A stretch of 47,168 bases of DNA from Polyangiaceae bacterium (GTDB lineage Bacteria; Myxococcota_A; Polyangia; Polyangiales; Polyangiaceae), in assembly GCA_033763455.1 (NCBI GenBank), contig JANRKO010000081.1:1-47168 (forward strand), written 5' to 3'. The position numbers and the translations under genes are program-made. How positions within the stretch are numbered: the first letter of the stretch is position 1; every line of letters starts with the position of its first letter. Shown here piece after piece: positions 11,060 through 17,215 of this stretch. Below the pieces are notes generated by a model. It had not been told where the DNA came from. It was given only the letters and a program-made list of their open reading frames with translations, and ran no database searches.

Positions 11060-12634
11060 TCAGCCCTTGCGGGCCCCACCCGACGCATTGCTCCGAAGTG
11101 TGTCCGGGGGCACCACACCAGGGACCGCGACGTTCGCCGCCGGAACCCTCCCCACGCCGACGTCCCCGGCAAGCCCCAACAGCGCATCAATGGCCACTCG
11201 CGCGCCCGCGGAATCGCCCTGAAGCAGCAACTCGCGAATAGATTCAGTGAGCACACCAACCAGCCGGTCACGCGCGGACGCCTTCCTATCGAGCTCATTG
11301 GCTTGTGTATCGCTTGGCGCATCCTGTTGAGGCTCATCAACCGTTGGCGCGCGCGACGTGGATTCTCGGTGACCTGCTTGAAACTCGGGGATCCCCTCAT
11401 CCAGGGCCACCAGTGATCCCAACCCCAACTCCGCTGCCGTTCGCGCTGCTCGACGATATCGGCTGAGCATCTGGGACGAGCGATGCCCAGTCCGATCGCA
11501 AACCCAGGTTTCTGTGCGTCCACAAGCCAACCCAAGTGTGACAAACGTTGCTCTCAAGTCGTGCAATCGAATCGGCATGCGCGTCGCAGTGCGCTCAAAT
11601 AGCTCCGCTCTGACCCCACCAGCTTTTCTCAGGTGCGTTCGGAAGACCGCGGCAACATGATCGCGATCGATCGTTTGGCCCTGACTCGAAAAAACGACAT
11701 CACCTGGCAAACCCGGGCAATAGTCGCGGTGCCAAATTCTTAATGCACGTCTAACGTCTTCGCTCAAGACCCATGCACGCGGATCGCCTGTCTTATTTGC
11801 GTCAAGGGTAATAATTCCACGCTCAAGATCCACGCTGCTCCAGGTTAAGGACAGTGCCTCGTCGCGCCGCAAGCCCTCGCGCGCCAGCACTCCGTAGAAG
11901 AGTCGGTAGAGGATCGGCACGTCTGGGCAGGCGAGCAAGCGTTGTTCCTCAGCCGGGTAGAGCCAAGCTTGAGCTTTGTGTTGGGTGGGTTTCGGGAGAA
12001 ACCCTTCAGGTATCGGGCTCGCCTCTATGAGTCGAGCGGGGTAGGCAGCAAGGGCCATCACGCGGTGGAGCAGTTGTGCAACTTGCCTCCTTGAGCCGAC
12101 AGCCAGCACGGGATCGAGCTTACGCATCACGCGCTCGGCATCCTCTAGCCTCATGTGCCTGATAGGGAGTTCCCCGATGATGGGATAGACGTGGGCCACG
12201 AGGCGGTACACGTCCTCGTTGGCCGTCTTCTTCCTCTTCACATGATCAGGGAAACGCGCATGAAGGGCGCCCCCTGTCCACTCCTCCGCAAACTCCCGGA
12301 AGGTGGGTCCCGTGTCGGTCAGCGGGGTTTCGGCCTCAATGGGCTTCGCTTCGCCGGCCACAATCGCGTCCACGCCCTTGCGAATGCGTACCAGGCGCAG
12401 TTCATCGGCAACGGCGGCGAGCTCAAGCAGTTTTTCGGCGTGCCCTCCGTGTCCGGCCCGGCGAAGCCGCTCCAGCTCCGTTGCTAGGAGCTCCTGACGT
12501 TGGCGAGCTTGGGCGCGAGTCGAGCAGGTCACGAGGCGAATCGTCTTTCGACCGGACGTGGTGGTGAATCGCGCGTAGAAACGCCCCGAGTTCACGGGCT
12601 TTTCAAAGATCGTACCTGCTGCACCGCGAGCCAC
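11060..12634 (-). CDS. Tyrosine recombinase/integrase with ~110-aa C-terminal extension
   Basis: Catalytic set is intact: EGLRRDEA (R), NKTG (K), HDLR, TGH, SRY (Y). N-terminal GTIFEK..GRFYAR resembles an arm-binding segment. Confidence 0.92.
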   Translation of the reverse strand: MARGAAGTIFEKPVNSGRFYARFTTTSGRKTIRLVTCSTRAQARQRQELLATELERLRRAGHGGHAEKLLELAAVADELRLVRIRKGVDAIVAGEAKPIEAETPLTDTGPTFREFAEEWTGGALHARFPDHVKRKKTANEDVYRLVAHVYPIIGELPIRHMRLEDAERVMRKLDPVLAVGSRRQVAQLLHRVMALAAYPARLIEASPIPEGFLPKPTQHKAQAWLYPAEEQRLLACPDVPILYRLFYGVLAREGLRRDEALSLTWSSVDLERGIITLDANKTGDPRAWVLSEDVRRALRIWHRDYCPGLPGDVVFSSQGQTIDRDHVAAVFRTHLRKAGGVRAELFERTATRMPIRLHDLRATFVTLGLACGRTETWVCDRTGHRSSQMLSRYRRAARTAAELGLGSLVALDEGIPEFQAGHRESTSRAPTVDEPQQDAPSDTQANELDRKASARDRLVGVLTESIRELLLQGDSAGARVAIDALLGLAGDVGVGRVPAANVAVPGVVPPDTLRSNASGGARKG

Positions 12635-12636
12635 GA

Positions 12637-12828
12637 CTACTTTCTCCTTCGTTTGAGCTTGCGGGGAATTGCCGAGCTAGCCACACCTTCGCGTTCTGCC
12701 AACAGCCGGATGGCTCGCCGGAGTATTTCCGCCCTGCTCAAGATGCCCGTGCGCTGTTGGATTGCGTCCAACAGCGCAACATCTTCGTCGGTGAAGCGGA
12801 CGGTCGTCTGTTGGGGCATGTATGTCAT
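12637..12828 (-). CDS. Ribbon-helix-helix (CopG/Arc-like) regulator; start may be 12819
   Basis: TTVRF strand, then DEDVALLDAIQQRTG-ILSRAEILRRAIRLL helices. Stop lies 2 nt before the integrase GTG. Confidence 0.75.
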   Translation of the reverse strand: MTYMPQQTTVRFTDEDVALLDAIQQRTGILSRAEILRRAIRLLAEREGVASSAIPRKLKRRRK

Positions 12829-12838
12829 TTGTATATCA
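12819..12838. promoter_or_regulatory. Candidate RHH operator: 9-bp direct repeat TGTATGTCA / TGTATATCA with 11-bp period
   Basis: Copies at 12819-12827 and 12830-12838, overlapping the RHH start region. Confidence 0.45.
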
Positions 12839-12949
12839 CTGAAAAGCTAATCACAAGAGCAGAGCTGCGAGCGGTGTCAAAACAGGGGGGCAGGCGGTAC
12901 ATGAGGAAAAACGGCAGGATTTCAAGCTCTTATGTGAGAGCACCGCTCC

Positions 12950-13083
12950 GGGACGGACGCACCGGGGGCGGGACGGGCGCCGCTGCTGTCCCGTACTGTC
13001 CCACATAAAAATAAGTAATCAGGGGCAGCATACAGGGAATTTACCCGGGGTTTCTCTAGTTTGTCCCACTGTCCCACCGTACC
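12950..13083. repeat. Candidate replication origin: (C/T)TGTCCC iterons around an AT-rich patch
   Basis: CTGTCCC at 12986, 12996 and 13069; TTGTCCC at 13061; inverted GGGACGG at 12950 and 12970; ACATAAAAATAAGTAATC at 13003-13020. Lies right after the replicase stop. Confidence 0.6.
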
Positions 13084-13088
13084 ACCGC

Positions 13089-15098
13089 CTATCTCCGACG
13101 CGCCCAAAAGCGGGTCTGCTTACCGTCGATACGGCGCTGCGTGGGCTCCCACCCATTACGTCGCAAGATTGCCGCAACCCGCTGTTCTTCCCGCCGCGAC
13201 AGCCGTTCGGTTGGAATTTTCAGGGCGTCTTGCAGAATGTCTGGGATGCGCGGGCTTGATTGGGCCTCGGCATACTTAATGACAACACCCTCCCATGGGT
13301 CAGTTTCGTTAAATTGCCCGACAAACTCTTGCCGACGAAGCTCTTCGGCTTCCGTTAGCCAATGTTTCTCGCCGCTGCGAAACGCGGCCACAGCCTCCGC
13401 GAGCAGCTGATCGCGCCAATCGCGAAGGAGATCTTGGTCAACATCCCCCACGGGAACAACCCAAAAACGCCGACTGCCCGTCGCATCGTGCAGAAAGCTA
13501 TCGAGATTGGTAGTACCGACAATAATCGACGTTCGCAAGACAGTAATTGGCGCTCGCCCAAAGGGCGGCCGAAACTTGTCGCGGTCGCTCGCCACAAATT
13601 GTTTGATGCGCGATGTTGTATTTCGGCCAAACATATTTTCGAGCTCGCCCCATTCATAAATCCAGCTGCCCCCAAGCTGCATGAGGCCATCTTTGTCGAG
13701 GGACATGTCAGTGTCCGAGAACCACTGCGCCCCCATGATCCGAAAGAAAGAACTCTTACCACAGCCCTGGCGGCCAACGAGAATCATCACGGTGTCAACT
13801 TTGCTTCCAGGTTTCAGCGGTCGAGCAACAAGAGCGATGAACCAGCGGCGCAGAATGGCGGTGAGGAGGTCGCCTTCTTCTTCAGATTCAACCCGCGCCC
13901 GGAGGACCTCCTTCGCAACACGCTCGATCCTCTTGGTGCCATCCCAAGCCAGCCCCTTCAGGTACGTCCGCACCGGGTGAAATCGGTTTTTCTCGGCCAC
14001 GTATTGGACCGCACGCACAGTGTCCGCTTCGCTAGGTCCGATCCCGTAGCGCTTGTCGACGTCCACACGAATCGCGCTAATGGTGGGGTCGCGGATTTCG
14101 TCGCTCCCTAGGTAAGTGGTTAGATTCATTTCATCGAACCGGAGCTTAGTCCCGTAAGCCTCGTCGTTTGCAAGGATAGTGCACACGTTCCGAAAATTGC
14201 ATTTAAGCACACCTTTGTCACTTCGAGTCAGTTGGCTCATCCACGAATTCGCTGACTGCAAACTGTCCGCCGTGCGCCGGAGCTCGTCGAACGCGTCTTT
14301 TGCCGATCGACTCGCGCAGTGTGAATGTGAACAATGGAAACCTCCGATTGCCCCAGGTGATGAAGCAGCGAAGATCACCGTCGATGTGTCCAGGAGCTTT
14401 CCGCCACTGTGCTCTTGCTGCCACGGGCAAACCACCGACCATTTACCCTCGTCGAGAGCCTTGCCGAGCAACATAGATTCCGCGAACAACCTGCCCAAAG
14501 GAGTGGCCGAAGCATCCGCGACCGATGCAGCGGTCAGCTGATTTGGCGCGGGTTTCTTCAAGCTCTTATCTCTTGCTGCCCTAAAGAGCCATGCCGGAGC
14601 ATCAGCGAGCGGAGTGTTTTCGGGCGCGAGAGTCCAGGTGTAAGCGCCACCGCTTGGGTGAACCGATCCGGGAGCGAGGACATAACCCCCCGCACCCTTT
14701 ACATCCAAGCCTGGCGCAAGCACAAAGCTCTTCGCTCCGACCACGTCAGCAGGGAGCGCAAAGTAGTAATGCTGTCCACCTCCGCCCGTTTCAACCGTTG
14801 CAGTTTCCGGCAAGGCGCCGTGCGTGCGGATGATTTCTTTCAGGCTGTTATGTCCCCCGTTTCGAGGATCCACGTCCAAAACGACTATTCCCGACGGTCG
14901 CCCAGTAGCAATACCTACGTTTGCGCTGGGGACCCGCCGCCAGTGAGCAACGAGCTGATCGCGGTCGATCGTCGCGTCTTTGAAGCCGTGTGCGGTGGCT
15001 GGCGTCTTGTCGCGCGCTTTGCAGGGCAAAACGTACCAACCGCGGTTTGCGTAATCTAGCGCAGCGCGAAGAAGAGGATTGAGCGATTCCAAGCTCAT
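13089..15098 (-). CDS. Bifunctional primase-polymerase fused to VirE/VapE-like P-loop ATPase/helicase, 669 aa
   Basis: Prim-Pol motifs GWYVLPC, ANVGIATG, VVLDVDPR, TGGGGQHYYF, GYVLAPGSVH; central CPW..EH...FHCSHSHC; Walker A GRQGCGKS; FRPPFGR; DATGSRRFW. ATG 15098 has an ATGA overlap with the upstream gene. Confidence 0.9.
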   Translation of the reverse strand: MSLESLNPLLRAALDYANRGWYVLPCKARDKTPATAHGFKDATIDRDQLVAHWRRVPSANVGIATGRPSGIVVLDVDPRNGGHNSLKEIIRTHGALPETATVETGGGGQHYYFALPADVVGAKSFVLAPGLDVKGAGGYVLAPGSVHPSGGAYTWTLAPENTPLADAPAWLFRAARDKSLKKPAPNQLTAASVADASATPLGRLFAESMLLGKALDEGKWSVVCPWQQEHSGGKLLDTSTVIFAASSPGAIGGFHCSHSHCASRSAKDAFDELRRTADSLQSANSWMSQLTRSDKGVLKCNFRNVCTILANDEAYGTKLRFDEMNLTTYLGSDEIRDPTISAIRVDVDKRYGIGPSEADTVRAVQYVAEKNRFHPVRTYLKGLAWDGTKRIERVAKEVLRARVESEEEGDLLTAILRRWFIALVARPLKPGSKVDTVMILVGRQGCGKSSFFRIMGAQWFSDTDMSLDKDGLMQLGGSWIYEWGELENMFGRNTTSRIKQFVASDRDKFRPPFGRAPITVLRTSIIVGTTNLDSFLHDATGSRRFWVVPVGDVDQDLLRDWRDQLLAEAVAAFRSGEKHWLTEAEELRRQEFVGQFNETDPWEGVVIKYAEAQSSPRIPDILQDALKIPTERLSRREEQRVAAILRRNGWEPTQRRIDGKQTRFWARRR

Positions 15099-15421
15099 GG
15101 CGCCTCCTTCCGAGCAAGCTCCCAATCCGCGAGTGGATCGCTATCAGGTTCATAGGCAACCGCAGGCACTCTATGAGCAACGATGTAAGCATGGACATCG
15201 ACGTGTCTTACGAGCACCCGCCGACCAACTTTGTGCGCAGGAAGGGCGCCGCGCCGCGCCAGGTTCAGATGCCTGCGTTTGCCGAGTGGGCTAGTATGCT
15301 GGTCATAGTAAAGCTCTGCTTCCGTCTGGCCGAGCTCCGTAAGGTAAGGGGCAATGAGCCGAGCCAGCAGACGAAATACTTCCTCTCGATCGCCGGCTTC
15401 CACGCAACTATAGGTTTTCAT
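15095..15421 (-). CDS. Excisionase-like (HTH_17/MerR-type) DNA-binding protein
   Basis: LARRGALPAHKVGRRVLVRHVDVHAYI wing motif; 4-nt overlaps with both neighbours. Confidence 0.7.
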   Translation of the reverse strand: MKTYSCVEAGDREEVFRLLARLIAPYLTELGQTEAELYYDQHTSPLGKRRHLNLARRGALPAHKVGRRVLVRHVDVHAYIVAHRVPAVAYEPDSDPLADWELARKEAP

Positions 15422-15654
15422 CGCATCTTCGCTCCTCGCAGTCGCACACTCGACCGCAGAACACCGCTCCCGCCGTCGCCAAGTCGCGGCAGCCGAAGAA
15501 AGGCCTCAAGGACCTCCCGGTGGACGAGACGTCGCCGCCCCGGTTTCACGCTCCAGAGGCGGCCCTCACGAATCCAAAATCTCACGGTCTCCGGGGAAAC
15601 TCGGGCGATTTTGGCAACCTCACCAATTAGTAACCATTGCTCGTTGTTTGCCAT
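15418..15654 (-). CDS. Excisionase family HTH DNA-binding protein
   Basis: LLIGEVAKIARVSPETVRFWIREGRL..VKPGRRRLV fits the Xis/HTH_17 pattern. Confidence 0.85.
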   Translation of the reverse strand: MANNEQWLLIGEVAKIARVSPETVRFWIREGRLWSVKPGRRRLVHREVLEAFLRLPRLGDGGSGVLRSSVRLRGAKMR

Positions 15655-15738
15655 GAGACAAGCTACGAGTCCGTCTCGAAACCCAGGAGCAGCATCTGGG
15701 ATTTCCTAAATGCTGCCCCCACAAAATTCGAAAGACGG

Positions 15739-16542
15739 CTAGGTTTTTCGCTTGCGGCCCATGTTCCGGTGGATCCTCCGTCTCTCGTCCTCCGGGTCCA
15801 CTTCATCTCCTACCTTTTTGAAAATATCGACCACGCGTTTTGGCGGAATGCCATTTTCCCGAAGCGAGGCTGCTACCTCAGTTTCGAACTCTTTCCATGC
15901 GCCTCGGGAGGCAGGCACGGTCAAGCCTTCAAAGGTCACCTCACAGAGACTTTCGCGCAAAGCCTCTACCAGCGAGTGGAGAAACATGGCAGCTCGCGCC
16001 GGGAGTCTCTCACTTGCTTCGTCAATGACTTGGGGAGCGAAGAACTCGCCCATTGATATGATCCGCGCTTCTGCCTGCTTACCAAGCAACTCCGCAGCGC
16101 CCCGGATGTTGGCAGCTGCACCTCGAAGCAGCACCTCTGCTTCCTTTTGCTTGTTGTCATCAAATACCATTCGTAGGCGAGGAAGCGAGTCCGCCGTTTT
16201 CCCGGTTCTTTTGAAAATATCAGTTGCCCACTCCCCTCCCTCATAGAGCTTCTTGCGCACGGCGGGGCGCTCCGCGACCACGCTCGCAGCAACGCTGATG
16301 GCGTAATAGTCTGCCAATAGCCTCGAAAAGGGTTGATCAGGCCAAAAATGTTTCGCGAGCCAAGCGACGACTTCGGGATTGGTGATCGTTTTTCGGTCCT
16401 CGGCGCACCACATCCAGGGCGTAACGAGTTGGACGGCAGTTTTGTAGTTCTCAAACGCCCCGGGCTGTCCGACCAGGAGCGCCCCAAGGCGATCCCGAAT
16501 AAGCGCGACGCGTGCTCCATCCAGTTCGCTACGTACAGTCAC
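15739..16542 (-). CDS. Hypothetical protein, 267 aa (element-encoded)
   Basis: Co-oriented with the element genes, with protein-like helical composition and a basic C-terminus. No motif recognised. Confidence 0.65.
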   Translation of the reverse strand: MTVRSELDGARVALIRDRLGALLVGQPGAFENYKTAVQLVTPWMWCAEDRKTITNPEVVAWLAKHFWPDQPFSRLLADYYAISVAASVVAERPAVRKKLYEGGEWATDIFKRTGKTADSLPRLRMVFDDNKQKEAEVLLRGAAANIRGAAELLGKQAEARIISMGEFFAPQVIDEASERLPARAAMFLHSLVEALRESLCEVTFEGLTVPASRGAWKEFETEVAASLRENGIPPKRVVDIFKKVGDEVDPEDERRRIHRNMGRKRKT

Positions 16543-16611
16543 CCCACCCAGTGTCCACCACCAGCAACCACCCGTCCAGAATGGCCACGTGCTAGCCGAC
16601 CCCGTTAGCTC

Positions 16612-16779
16612 TTATCCGGCAGGATTATCATGCAGCCGCCTGAGCTCCTTGAGCGCCTCAACGGCAATGCGCGCCCCCTCTGCGTCACCCTCTGCCAGCA
16701 GCTGCTCGCTCGCAGTGCGCAAGACCTCCGCGAGCTTGGCTCGCGCTAGTTTCTTAGCTTCTTGAGGGTCCTCAGCCAT
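16612..16779 (-). CDS. Small 55-aa protein (MAEDPQEAKKLARAKLAEVLRTASEQLLAEGDAEGARIAVEALKELRRLHDNPAG), paralog of the integrase C-terminal tail; absent from the ORF track
   Basis: Translated by hand, ATG 16779 to TAA 16612. 16/35 ungapped identities with integrase codons at 11171-11275. Confidence 0.7.
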   Translation of the reverse strand: MAEDPQEAKKLARAKLAEVLRTASEQLLAEGDAEGARIAVEALKELRRLHDNPAG

Positions 16780-16780
16780 T

Positions 16781-16826
16781 CAATCGTCCACTGAATCGTC
16801 CCCAGCGTAGGGACGGCAATCGTCCA
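16781..16826. repeat. Three AATCGTCC direct repeats (candidate integrase arm-type sites)
   Basis: CAATCGTCCA 16781-16790, GAATCGTCCC 16793-16802, CAATCGTCCA 16817-16826; 40-90 bp inside the tRNA 3' end. Confidence 0.55.
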
Positions 16827-16868
16827 AGAAATCCAGGACTCTTCAGAAACCCAGACATTTCGCTTCAG

Positions 16869-16950
16869 TGCACGAGACAGGACTTGAACCTGTACACCTC
16901 ACGGTACCGGAACCTAAATCCGGCGCGTCTGCCAATTCCGCCACTCGTGC
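16869..16950 (-). tRNA. tRNA-Leu (anticodon TAG), CCA not encoded
   Basis: Acceptor stem GCACGAG/CTCGTGC; D-arm GCGGAATTGGCAGACGC; anticodon arm CCGGA-TTTAGGT-TCCGG; long variable arm; T-arm ACAGG-TTCAAGT-CCTGT. Confidence 0.97.
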
Positions 16951-16965
16951 TGAGTTAAGGCGCGT

Positions 16966-16994
16966 CGAATAACCCTGAATCTCCGAGGGCGCAA
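16966..16994 (-). promoter_or_regulatory. Possible sigma70-type promoter of the tRNA
   Basis: TTGCGC-17 bp-TATTCG followed by a GC-rich discriminator, 15 nt before the tRNA. Weak match to consensus. Confidence 0.3.
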
Positions 16995-17215
16995 CCGGCT
17001 TGCTCCCCCTCCAGCGCGACCCAGAGATACTTGTCATGCTAAGTACCTCTAGCGCAAAACAATAAGACCCCGCGCCGCCCCTCCGTCTCCCGACAGTAGG
17101 TCCGCCCGGCGCCTTCATCCGCTCGCGCCGTGCGAGTGGGCAGGCGAAGTAGCTCCGCGCCCTCATACCCCGATTGCCAGGCCACGCCCGCGCGTTGTGA
17201 CCCAACCCGCACGCG

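Larger units (their letters stand above)
192..16868 (-). mobile_element. tRNA-Leu-associated genomic island: satellite-like integrative core (~11060-16868) plus defence cargo; left boundary not seen
   Basis: Begins immediately 3' of the tRNA. Contains an integrase, Xis-like genes, a Prim-Pol/VirE replicase and an MTase/nuclease/helicase operon, all co-oriented. No duplicated tRNA 3' end was found by eye. Confidence 0.8.

Noticed and set aside
11365..11390. GACCTGCTTGAAAC as a degenerate attR (compare tRNA GACAGGACTTGAACC)
   Set aside because: Too short and mismatched to distinguish from chance.
11060..16868. Complete prophage or conjugative ICE
   Set aside because: No structural, lysis, relaxase or T4SS genes in the window.
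16843..17205. 120-aa minus-strand ORF
   Set aside because: It runs through the tRNA gene and has no other protein-like features.
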